In this document: piece by piece, positions 27,546 through 35,782 of the stretch
Position numbering within the stretch: the stretch's first letter is position 1
Layout of the letters: the number at the start of each line of letters is the position of its first letter
Virus record (IMG/VR): IMGVR_UViG_2651869830_000003
DNA: 35,782 nucleotides
Direction: 5' to 3' (one strand)
Source: a virus
Lineage: Duplodnaviria > Heunggongvirae > Uroviricota > Caudoviricetes
Translations under genes and position numbers: made by a program
Notes under the pieces: model-generated
Databases searched by the model: none
Seen by the model: the letters and a program-made list of their open reading frames with translations, nothing else
Told to the model about the DNA's origin: nothing

Positions 27546-28736
27546 ATGAGTGACTATCATCACGGCGTGCAGGTGCTGGAGATTAACGAGGGCACCCGCG
27601 TCATTTCCACTGTATCCACGGCCATTGTCGGCATGGTCTGCACGGCCAGCGATGCGGATGCGGAAACCTTCCCCCTCAATAAACCTGTGCTGATTACCAA
27701 TGTGCAGACCGCAATTGCAAAGGCCGGTAAAAAAGGCACGCTGGCGGCATCGTTGCAGGCCATCGCCGACCAGTCAAAACCAGTGACTGTTGTTGTGCGC
27801 GTGGAAGACGGCACCGGCGACGACGAGGAAACGAAACTCGCGCAGACCGTTTCCAATATCATCGGCACCACTGACGAAAACGGTCAGTACACCGGACTGA
27901 AAGCCCTGCTGGCGGCGGAGTCGGTAACCGGTGTTAAACCGCGTATTCTCGGTGTGCCGGGACTGGATACCAAAGAGGTGGCTGTTGCACTGGCATCCGT
28001 CTGTCAGAAGCTGCGCGCTTTCGGGTATATCAGCGCATGGGGCTGTAAGACCATTTCCGAGGTGAAAGCCTACCGCCAGAATTTCAGCCAGCGTGAGCTG
28101 ATGGTCATCTGGCCGGATTTCCTCGCATGGGATACGGTCACCAGTACCACCGCCACCGCGTATGCCACCGCCCGTGCGCTGGGTCTGCGCGCTAAAATCG
28201 ACCAGGAGCAGGGCTGGCATAAAACGCTGTCCAATGTCGGGGTGAACGGTGTTACCGGCATCAGCGCATCCGTCTTCTGGGATTTGCAGGAGTCCGGCAC
28301 CGATGCTGACCTGCTTAACGAGTCAGGCGTCACTACGCTGATTCGCCGCGACGGTTTCCGTTTCTGGGGTAACCGTACCTGCTCTGATGACCCGCTGTTC
28401 CTCTTTGAAAACTACACCCGCACCGCGCAGGTGCTGGCCGACACGATGGCTGAGGCGCACATGTGGGCGGTGGACAAGCCCATCACTGCAACGCTGATTC
28501 GCGACATCGTTGACGGCATCAATGCCAAATTCCGTGAGCTGAAAACAAACGGCTATATCGTGGATGCGACCTGCTGGTTCAGCGAAGAATCCAACGATGC
28601 GGAAACCCTTAAGGCCGGAAAACTGTATATCGACTACGACTATACCCCGGTGCCTCCTCTTGAAAACCTGACCCTGCGCCAGCGTATTACCGATAAATAT
28701 CTGGCAAATCTGGTCACCTCGGTTAACAGCAATTAA
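27546..28736 (+). CDS. FI: Contractile tail sheath protein, 396 aa.
   Basis: Length and position match P2 FI. Confidence 0.9.
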   Translation: MSDYHHGVQVLEINEGTRVISTVSTAIVGMVCTASDADAETFPLNKPVLITNVQTAIAKAGKKGTLAASLQAIADQSKPVTVVVRVEDGTGDDEETKLAQTVSNIIGTTDENGQYTGLKALLAAESVTGVKPRILGVPGLDTKEVAVALASVCQKLRAFGYISAWGCKTISEVKAYRQNFSQRELMVIWPDFLAWDTVTSTTATAYATARALGLRAKIDQEQGWHKTLSNVGVNGVTGISASVFWDLQESGTDADLLNESGVTTLIRRDGFRFWGNRTCSDDPLFLFENYTRTAQVLADTMAEAHMWAVDKPITATLIRDIVDGINAKFRELKTNGYIVDATCWFSEESNDAETLKAGKLYIDYDYTPVPPLENLTLRQRITDKYLANLVTSVNSN

Positions 28737-28748
28737 GGAGCCTGACCG

Positions 28749-29267
28749 ATGGCAATGCCGCGCAAACTCAAGTTAATGAACGTCTTTCTGAACGGCTACA
28801 GCTATCAGGGCGTTGCAAAGTCCGTCACGCTGCCAAAACTGACCCGTAAGCTCGAAAACTATCGCGGTGCGGGGATGAACGGCAGCGCACCGGTAGACCT
28901 CGGCCTTGATGACGATGCGCTGTCAATGGAGTGGTCGCTCGGGGGCTTCCCGGATTCGGTTATCTGGGAGCTTTACGCCGCAACCGGCGTGGATGCCGTA
29001 CCGATTCGTTTTGCTGGCTCTTACCAGCGCGACGATACCGGCGAAACGGTGGCCGTCGAGGTGGTCATGCGTGGCCGTCAGAAAGAAATCGACACCGGCG
29101 AGGGTAAACAGGGAGAAGACACCGAGTCGAAAATCTCCGTGGTCTGCACCTATTTCCGGCTGACGATGGACGGTAAGGAGCTGGTCGAAATCGACACCAT
29201 CAACATGATTGAGAAGGTGAACGGCGTCGACCGGCTGGAGCAACACCGCCGCAATATCGGCCTGTAA
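28749..29267 (+). CDS. FII: Tail tube protein, 172 aa.
   Basis: Length and position match P2 FII. Confidence 0.9.
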   Translation: MAMPRKLKLMNVFLNGYSYQGVAKSVTLPKLTRKLENYRGAGMNGSAPVDLGLDDDALSMEWSLGGFPDSVIWELYAATGVDAVPIRFAGSYQRDDTGETVAVEVVMRGRQKEIDTGEGKQGEDTESKISVVCTYFRLTMDGKELVEIDTINMIEKVNGVDRLEQHRRNIGL

Positions 29268-29323
29268 TTTTCATCCGGTCAGCCTGGCTGACCGGTTAAC
29301 CCCGATTCAGAAGTGAGAAAACC

Positions 29324-29599
29324 ATGAACAAAGAAAATGTGATTACCCTGGACAATCCGGTCAAGCGTGGTGAGCAGGTTATCGAACAGGTCACGCTGAT
29401 GAAACCCAGTGCGGGGACGCTGCGCGGTGTCAGTCTGGCTGCGGTCGCAAACTCAGAAGTCGATGCACTGATTAAGGTGCTGCCGCGCATGACGGCACCG
29501 ATGCTGACCGAGCAGGAAGTCGCCGCGCTGGAACTGCCTGACCTTGTGGCGCTGGCCGGTAAGGTGGTCGGTTTTTTGTCGCCGAACTCGGTGCAGTAA
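29324..29599 (+). CDS. E: Tail assembly chaperone E, 91 aa.
   Basis: Length and position match P2 E. Confidence 0.8.
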   Translation: MNKENVITLDNPVKRGEQVIEQVTLMKPSAGTLRGVSLAAVANSEVDALIKVLPRMTAPMLTEQEVAALELPDLVALAGKVVGFLSPNSVQ

Positions 29600-29751
29600 C
29601 GTTCCCGAAAAATCTGTCGGTCGATGACCTGATGGCGGATGTGGCAGTGATATTTCACTGGCCGCCATCAGAACTGTATCCCATGAGCCTGACCGAACTC
29701 ATCACATGGCGCGAAAAGGCGCTACGGCGAAGCGGAAACACGAATGAGTAA
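29324..29751 (+). CDS. E': E+E' frameshift product, 142 aa, made by a programmed -1 ribosomal frameshift at the slippery T6G (29572-29578) and terminating at TAA 29749-29751, overlapping the T start.
   Basis: T6G heptamer near the end of E. The -1 frame stays open to 29751. Predicted 142 aa equals the P2 E+E' length. Confidence 0.7.
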
Positions 29752-32191
29752 CAATGTAAAATTACAGGTATTGCTCAGGGCTGTTGACCAGGCATCCCGC
29801 CCGTTTAAATCCATCCGCACAGCGAGCAAGTCGCTGTCGGGGGATATCCGGGAAACACAAAAATCACTGCGCGAGCTGAACGGTCACGCATCCCGTATTG
29901 AGGGATTTCGCAAGACCAGCGCACAGCTCGCCGTGACTGGTCATGCACTTGAAAAGGCACGGCAGGAGGCCGAAGCCCTTGCCACACAGTTTAAAAACAC
30001 TGAACGTCCGACCCGTGCTCAGGCGAAAGTGCTGGAATCCGCAAAGCGTGCGGCGGAGGACTTACAGGCGAAATATAACCGCCTGACGGATTCCGTTAAA
30101 CGCCAGCAGCGGGAACTGGCCGCTGTGGGAATTAATACCCGCAATCTTGCACATGATGAGCAGGGGCTGAAAAACCGTATCAGTGAAACCATCGCACAGC
30201 TTAACCGGCAGCGTGACGCGCTGGCGCGTGTCTGTGCGCAACAGGCAAAACTTAACGCAGTAAAACAGCGTTATCAGGCAGGAAAGGAGCTGGCCGGAAA
30301 TATGGCCTCAGTGGGCGCTGCCGGTGTGGGGATTACTGCTGCGGGAACGATGGCCGGAGTTAAGTTGCTGATGCCCGGTTATGAGTTTGCGCAGAAAAAC
30401 TCAGAATTACAGGCTGTGCTCGGTGTGGCAAAAGACTCCGCCGAAATGGCTGCACTACGCAAGCAGGCGCGTCAGCTCGGCGACAATACCGCAGCCTCGG
30501 CAGATGATGCAGCCGGTGCGCAGATTATCATTGCGAAAGCCGGTGGGGATGTTGATGCCATTCAGGCGGCAACGCCGGTCACGCTGAATATGGCGCTGGC
30601 GAACCGTCGCACAATGGAAGAAAACGCCGCCCTGCTGATGGGGATGAAATCCGCCTTTCAGCTTTCAAACGATAAGGTCGCTCATATCGGGGATGTTCTC
30701 TCCATGACGATGAACAAAACCGCCGCCGATTTTGACGGCATGAGCGATGCGCTGACCTATGCCGCACCTGTGGCAAAAAATGCCGGTGTCAGCATTGAAG
30801 AAACCGCCGCAATGGTCGGGGCGCTGCATGATGCAAAAATCACAGGCTCAATGGCGGGGACGGGAAGCCGTGCCGTGTTAAGTCGCCTGCAGGCACCAAC
30901 GGGAAAAGCATGGGATGCACTCAAAGAGCTTGGCGTGAAAACCTCAGACAGTAAGGGGAATACCCGACCAGTATTTACCATTCTGAAAGAAATGCAGGCC
31001 AGTTTTGAGAAAAACCGGCTCGGTACTGCCCAGCAGGCTGAATACATGAAAACTATTTTCGGGGAGGAGGCCAGCTCAGCCGCCGCCGTGCTGATGACTG
31101 CCGCCTCAACCGGAAAGCTGGACAAACTGACCGCTGCGTTTAAAGCCTCAGACGGGAAGACCGCCGAGCTGGTAAATATCATGCAGGACAACCTCGGCGG
31201 TGACTTTAAGGAGTTTCAGTCCGCTTATGAGGCGGTGGGGACTGACCTGTTTGACCAGCAGGAAGGCGCGCTGCGTAAGCTCACTCAGACGGCCACAAAG
31301 TATGTGTTAAAACTCGACGGCTGGATCCAGAAAAACAAATCACTGGCGTCAACCATCGGCATCATTGCCGGTGGCGCGCTGGCGCTGACTGGCATCATCG
31401 GTGCAATTGGTCTTGTAGCCTGGCCGGTTATCACCGGCATCAATGCCATCATCGCGGCAGCAGGCGCAATGGGGGCAGTCTTCACGACGGTTGGCAGTGC
31501 CGTTATGACTGCTATCGGGGCGATTAGCTGGCCGGTTGTGGCAGTGGTGGCCGCAATTGTCGCCGGGGCGTTGCTTATCCGTAAATACTGGGAGCCTGTC
31601 AGCGCATTCTTTGGCGGTGTGGTGGAAGGGCTGAAAGCGGCATTTGCGCCGGTGGGAGAACTGTTCACGCCACTGAAGCCGGTGTTTGACTGGCTGGGGG
31701 AAAAGTTACAGGCTGCGTGGCAGTGGTTTAAAAACCTGATTGCACCGGTCAAAGCCACCCGGGACACCCTGAACCGTTGCCGTGACACGGGCGTCATGTT
31801 CGGGCAGGCACTGGCTGACGCGCTGATGCTGCCGCTTAATGCGTTCAACAAATTGCGCAGCGGCATTGACTGGGTACTGGAAAAGCTCGGGGTCATCAAC
31901 AAAGAGTCAGACACACTTGACCAGACCGCCGCCAGAACTCATGCAGCCACGTATGGCACCGGTGATTATATTCCGGCGACCAGCTCTTATGCAGGCTATC
32001 AGGCTTATCAGCCGGTCACGGCACCGGCTGGCCGCTCTTATGTGGACCAGAGTAAAAACGAATATCACATCAGCCTGACGGGTGGTACTGCGCCGGGGAC
32101 ACAGCTTGACCGCCAGTTACAGGATGCGCTCGAAAAATACGAGCGGGATAAACGTGCGCGCGCCCGTGCCAGCATGATGCATGACGGTTAA
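29744..32191 (+). CDS. T: Tail tape measure protein, 815 aa.
   Basis: Length equals P2 T. Coiled-coil and alanine/glycine-rich hydrophobic segments typical of tape measure proteins. Confidence 0.9.
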   Translation: MSNNVKLQVLLRAVDQASRPFKSIRTASKSLSGDIRETQKSLRELNGHASRIEGFRKTSAQLAVTGHALEKARQEAEALATQFKNTERPTRAQAKVLESAKRAAEDLQAKYNRLTDSVKRQQRELAAVGINTRNLAHDEQGLKNRISETIAQLNRQRDALARVCAQQAKLNAVKQRYQAGKELAGNMASVGAAGVGITAAGTMAGVKLLMPGYEFAQKNSELQAVLGVAKDSAEMAALRKQARQLGDNTAASADDAAGAQIIIAKAGGDVDAIQAATPVTLNMALANRRTMEENAALLMGMKSAFQLSNDKVAHIGDVLSMTMNKTAADFDGMSDALTYAAPVAKNAGVSIEETAAMVGALHDAKITGSMAGTGSRAVLSRLQAPTGKAWDALKELGVKTSDSKGNTRPVFTILKEMQASFEKNRLGTAQQAEYMKTIFGEEASSAAAVLMTAASTGKLDKLTAAFKASDGKTAELVNIMQDNLGGDFKEFQSAYEAVGTDLFDQQEGALRKLTQTATKYVLKLDGWIQKNKSLASTIGIIAGGALALTGIIGAIGLVAWPVITGINAIIAAAGAMGAVFTTVGSAVMTAIGAISWPVVAVVAAIVAGALLIRKYWEPVSAFFGGVVEGLKAAFAPVGELFTPLKPVFDWLGEKLQAAWQWFKNLIAPVKATRDTLNRCRDTGVMFGQALADALMLPLNAFNKLRSGIDWVLEKLGVINKESDTLDQTAARTHAATYGTGDYIPATSSYAGYQAYQPVTAPAGRSYVDQSKNEYHISLTGGTAPGTQLDRQLQDALEKYERDKRARARASMMHDG

Positions 32192-32205
32192 GGAGGTGAC
32201 GAAAA

Positions 32206-32685
32206 ATGATGCTCGCGTTAGGTATGTTTGTTTTTATGCGCCAGACGCTGCCACACCAGACCATGCAGCGTGAATCAGATTATCGCTGGCCGTCAAATTC
32301 CCGTATCGGTAAACGGGATGCCTTTCAGTTTCTCGGTGTTGGCGAGGAAAACATCACGCTTGCCGGTGTGCTTTATCCCGAACTGACCGGCGGAAAGCTG
32401 ACGATGACCACGCTCAGGCTGATGGCAGAGGAAGGTCGGGCGTGGCCGTTGCTGGATGGCACTGGCATGATTTACGGCATGTATGTCATCAGCAGGGTGA
32501 GTGAAACAGGGAGTATTTTCTTTGCAGACGGCACACCCCGGAAAATTGATTTTACGCTGTCGCTCACCCGCGTTGATGAATCACTGGCCGCACTTTATGG
32601 CGATATCGGTAAACAGGCGGAATCGCTCATCGGTAAGGCTGGCAGTATGGCGACTAAATTCACGGGTATGACGGGGGCGGGATAA
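32206..32685 (+). CDS. U: Tail protein U, 159 aa.
   Basis: Length and position match P2 U. Confidence 0.85.
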   Translation: MMLALGMFVFMRQTLPHQTMQRESDYRWPSNSRIGKRDAFQFLGVGEENITLAGVLYPELTGGKLTMTTLRLMAEEGRAWPLLDGTGMIYGMYVISRVSETGSIFFADGTPRKIDFTLSLTRVDESLAALYGDIGKQAESLIGKAGSMATKFTGMTGAG

Positions 32686-33848
32686 TGCTGGATGCGCTGA
32701 CATTTGATGCAGGCAGTACACTGACGCCGGATTACATGCTGATGCTCGACAGCAGGGATATTACCGGCAATATCAGCGACCGTCTGATGAGCATGACCCT
32801 GACGGATAACCGGGGCTTTGAGGCTGACCAGCTTGATATTGAACTGAACGACGCCGACGGGCAGGTAGGGCTACCGGTTCGTGGCGCTGTCCTGACGGTG
32901 TATATCGGCTGGAAAGGTTTTGCCCAGGTATGCAAAGGGAAATTTACCGTTGATGAGGTTGAACACCGGGGCGCACCGGATGTGGTCACCATCCGCGCCC
33001 GGAGTGCAGATTTTCGCGGGACGCTCAATTCCCGCCGGGAAGGCTCCTGGCATGACACCACGCTCGGTGCGATTGTTGAGGCGATAGCCACCCGTAACAG
33101 GCTGGAAGCCAGTGTCGCTCCGTCACTGGCCGGAATTAAAATCCCGCACATCGACCAGTCGCAGGAGTCCGATGTGAAATTCCTGACCCGTCTTGCTGAA
33201 CGCAACGGCGGTGAGGTGTCGGTAAAAATGGGAAAACTGCTGTTTCTCAAAGCGGGGCAGGGGGTGACGGCCAGTGGTAAAAAAATCCCGCAGATCACCA
33301 TCACCCGCAGCGACGGTGACCGTCATCATTTTGCGATTGCTGACCGTGGAGCCTATACCGGCGTAACGGCAAAGTGGTTACACACCAAAGACCCGAAACC
33401 GCAAAAGCAGAAGGTAAAACTGAAACGCAAAAAGAAAGAGAAACACCTGCGCGCACTGGAGCACCCGAAAGCAAAACCGGTCACGCAGAAGAAAGCGCCA
33501 AAAGTACCGGAAGCGCGCGAAGGTGAATACATGGCCGGTGAGGCTGACAACGTTTTTGCCCTGACTACGGTATATGCCACGAAAGCGCAGGCCATGCGCG
33601 CCGCTCAGGCGAAGTGGGATAAACTGCAACGGGGTGTGGCGGAGTTCTCCATCAGCCTGGCTACCGGTCGGGCAGATATTTACACGGAAACACCGGTTAA
33701 AGTGTCAGGCTTTAAGCGCGTCATAGACGAGCAGGACTGGACAATCACTAAGGTGACACATTTTCTGAATAATAGCGGCTTCACGACGTCCTTGGAGCTT
33801 GAGGTCAGGCTTTCTGATGTGGAGTACGAAACAGAAGATGATGAGTGA
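32685..33848 (+). CDS. D: Tail protein D, 387 aa.
   Basis: Length and position match P2 D. Confidence 0.85.
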   Translation: MLDALTFDAGSTLTPDYMLMLDSRDITGNISDRLMSMTLTDNRGFEADQLDIELNDADGQVGLPVRGAVLTVYIGWKGFAQVCKGKFTVDEVEHRGAPDVVTIRARSADFRGTLNSRREGSWHDTTLGAIVEAIATRNRLEASVAPSLAGIKIPHIDQSQESDVKFLTRLAERNGGEVSVKMGKLLFLKAGQGVTASGKKIPQITITRSDGDRHHFAIADRGAYTGVTAKWLHTKDPKPQKQKVKLKRKKKEKHLRALEHPKAKPVTQKKAPKVPEAREGEYMAGEADNVFALTTVYATKAQAMRAAQAKWDKLQRGVAEFSISLATGRADIYTETPVKVSGFKRVIDEQDWTITKVTHFLNNSGFTTSLELEVRLSDVEYETEDDE

Positions 33849-33929
33849 TGTTTTTATTTTATCTATTTGTTTTATAAGGATAAATTAACTAAAATGGCAC
33901 CATCAACAAAACCGGAAGAGGTGCTCGCG

Positions 33930-34148
33930 ATGTTTCATTGTCCTTTATGCCAGCATGCCGCACATGCGCGTACAAGCCGCTATATCACTGACACGACAAA
34001 AGAGCGTTATCACCAGTGTCAGAACGTGAATTGCAGCGCCACGTTCATCACTTATGAGTCGGTACAGAGATACATCGTGAAGCCGGGAGAAGTCCACGCC
34101 GTAAGGCCGCACCCGTTGCCGTCAGGGCAGCAAATTATGTGGATGTAA
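33930..34148 (+). CDS. ogr: Ogr late-gene transcriptional activator, zinc finger, 72 aa.
   Basis: ATG at 33930 (MFHCPLCQ). CxxC...CxxxxC zinc-binding motif. Last phage gene before attR, as in P2. Confidence 0.8.
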   Translation: MFHCPLCQHAAHARTSRYITDTTKERYHQCQNVNCSATFITYESVQRYIVKPGEVHAVRPHPLPSGQQIMWM

Positions 34149-34160
34149 TTACAAACAGGA

Positions 34161-34186
34161 AGCCCCTCAGTCGAGGGGCTTTTTTG
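34161..34186 (+). terminator. Rho-independent terminator after ogr.
   Basis: 8-bp perfect stem agcccctc/gaggggct with loop agtc, followed by a T6 tract. Confidence 0.65.
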
Positions 34187-34259
34187 TCGATGTGGTCAAT
34201 GTGTGGACGTGACCAGAAATAAATCCTTTTATTTCATTGTATTACGCGTAAAAAATAAG

Positions 34260-34286
34260 CCCGTGTAAGGGAGATTACACAGGCTA
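34260..34286. repeat. attR core, 27 bp, identical to attL.
   Basis: Exact match to 493-519. Downstream of the ogr terminator. Confidence 0.85.
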
Positions 34287-34420
34287 AGGAGGTGGTTCCT
34301 GGTACAGCTAGCATTTTATGGGTTATGTTTTTCAGCGAAACGGATGATAACCTTAATAAATGCAGCTGTATGTGATCGGTTTCTAAGAATTTTCCATCCG
34401 GGAAAAATAATCGAAATTAA

Positions 34421-35782
34421 TCACTTACCGTGTGGGTTACGCGTGGTTTCCCCGGAGAAATTACGCATCAGCAGAGCGTAATTGAGCTCAAGATCCTGCG
34501 GGACCGGGAGCCACACAGTATAACCATCGCCTGGTGCGACCGGCATCGCTTCACCTTTGGCGTTTTCCATGTGCTCAAGGGTAAAGTTAATGTTGCCTTG
34601 CGGCGTCATCAGCTCAAGGCTGTCGCCAACGGAGAATTTATTTTTCACCGCTACCGCCGCGAGGTCCCCCTTGCGCTCACCGGTAAACTCACCAACAAAC
34701 TGCTGGCGGTCAGAAACTGAATAACCGTATTCGTAGTTCTGATAATCGTCGTGAGTATGACGACGCAGGAAACCTTCGGTATAGCCACGATGCGCCAGAC
34801 CTTCCAGAGTTTCCAGCAGGCTGGTATCGAACGGTTTGCCCGCAGCGGCGTCATCGATAGCTTTACGGTAAACCTGTGCGGTGCGTGCGCAATAGTAGAA
34901 AGATTTAGTACGGCCTTCGATTTTCAGCGAATGCACGCCCATTTTGGTCAGGCGTTCTACATGGGCGATGGCGCGCAGATCTTTCGAGTTCATGATGTAA
35001 GTGCCGTGCTCATCTTCAAACGCGGTCATATACTCGCCCGGACGCTGGGCTTCTTCGATCATAAACACTTTGTCGGTTGGCGCGCCGATACCCAGCGTCG
35101 GCTCAACATTTTGCACCGGAATCGGCTCGTACTTGTGTACGATGTTGCCAACGTCATCTTCTTTCCCTTCCTGGACGTTGTACTCCCAGCGGCAGGCGTT
35201 GGTGCAGGTACCCTGGTTCGGATCGCGCTTGTTGATATAGCCAGAGAGCAGGCAGCGACCGGAGTAGGCCATGCACAGTGCGCCGTGAACGAAGATCTCG
35301 ATCTCCATATCCGGCACCTGATTGCGGATCTCTTCAATCTCTTCCAGCGACAGCTCGCGAGAGAGGATCACGCGGGTCAGGCCCATTTGCTGCCAGAATT
35401 TCACCGTCGCCCAGTTTACGGCGTTAGCCTGCACCGAGAGGTGGATCGGCATTTCAGGGAAGTGCTCACGCACCAGCATAATCAGCCCTGGATCGGACAT
35501 AATCAGCGCATCCGGCCCCATTTCCACCACCGGTTTCAGGTCACGGATAAAGGTTTTCAGCTTGGCGTTGTGCGGTGCAATGTTGACCACGACATAAAAC
35601 TTTTTCCCCAGCGCGTGGGCTTCATTGATGCCGAGCTGAAGATTTTCGTGGTTGAATTCGTTGTTGCGCACACGCAGGGAGTAACGCGGCTGGCCCGCAT
35701 AAACAGCATCTGCGCCATAAGCGAAAGCGTAACGCATATTTTTCAGCGTTCCCGCCGGGGAAAGGAGTTCCGGTTTAAACAT
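34421..35782 (-). CDS. yegQ: Peptidase U32-family protein YegQ (TrhP-like), 453 aa; host gene flanking attR.
   Basis: N-terminal sequence MFKPELLSPAGTLKNMRYAFAYGADAVYAG recognised as YegQ. Host-like GC content. Outside the prophage. Confidence 0.7.
   Translation of the reverse strand: MFKPELLSPAGTLKNMRYAFAYGADAVYAGQPRYSLRVRNNEFNHENLQLGINEAHALGKKFYVVVNIAPHNAKLKTFIRDLKPVVEMGPDALIMSDPGLIMLVREHFPEMPIHLSVQANAVNWATVKFWQQMGLTRVILSRELSLEEIEEIRNQVPDMEIEIFVHGALCMAYSGRCLLSGYINKRDPNQGTCTNACRWEYNVQEGKEDDVGNIVHKYEPIPVQNVEPTLGIGAPTDKVFMIEEAQRPGEYMTAFEDEHGTYIMNSKDLRAIAHVERLTKMGVHSLKIEGRTKSFYYCARTAQVYRKAIDDAAAGKPFDTSLLETLEGLAHRGYTEGFLRRHTHDDYQNYEYGYSVSDRQQFVGEFTGERKGDLAAVAVKNKFSVGDSLELMTPQGNINFTLEHMENAKGEAMPVAPGDGYTVWLPVPQDLELNYALLMRNFSGETTRNPHGK

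Larger units (their letters stand above)
493..34286. mobile_element. Complete P2-like prophage, attL to attR.
   Basis: Exact 27-bp direct repeat at both ends. Integrase next to attL and ogr next to attR. Full P2-order gene set with matching protein lengths. Confidence 0.9.

Noticed and set aside
1-35782. CRISPR array or tRNA/tmRNA gene at the integration site.
   Set aside because: No regularly spaced short direct repeats anywhere in the window, and no cloverleaf-like structure adjacent to the att cores. The only repeats are the att cores, tail-fiber motif repeats and a short tandem near cos.

Overview
The window is essentially one complete P2-like (Peduovirus-type) prophage of about 33.8 kb, bounded by an exact 27-bp direct repeat (attL 493-519, attR 34260-34286) and inserted between a small lipoprotein gene and a yegQ-like U32 peptidase gene. 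Gene order and almost every protein length match phage P2: int-C-cox-B-A, cos, then Q/P, O-N-M-L-X-Y-K-lysABC-R-S, V-W-J-I-H-G, FI-FII-E(E')-T-U-D-ogr. The GC-rich phage backbone is interrupted by three AT-rich accessory islands at the three classical P2 moron sites. (1) Between A and cos there is a 515-aa reverse transcriptase, probably Abi-P2-type. (2) Between S and V there is a roughly 357-389-aa two-helix membrane protein on the opposite strand. (3) Between G and FI there is a translationally coupled three-gene operon (363, 415 and 218 aa) with its own ribosome-binding sites and terminator, in which I recognise no known domain. The third island is the strongest candidate for an undescribed anti-phage system. 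All calls rest on reading the sequence and ORF track plus recalled P2 biology; no homology search was run.
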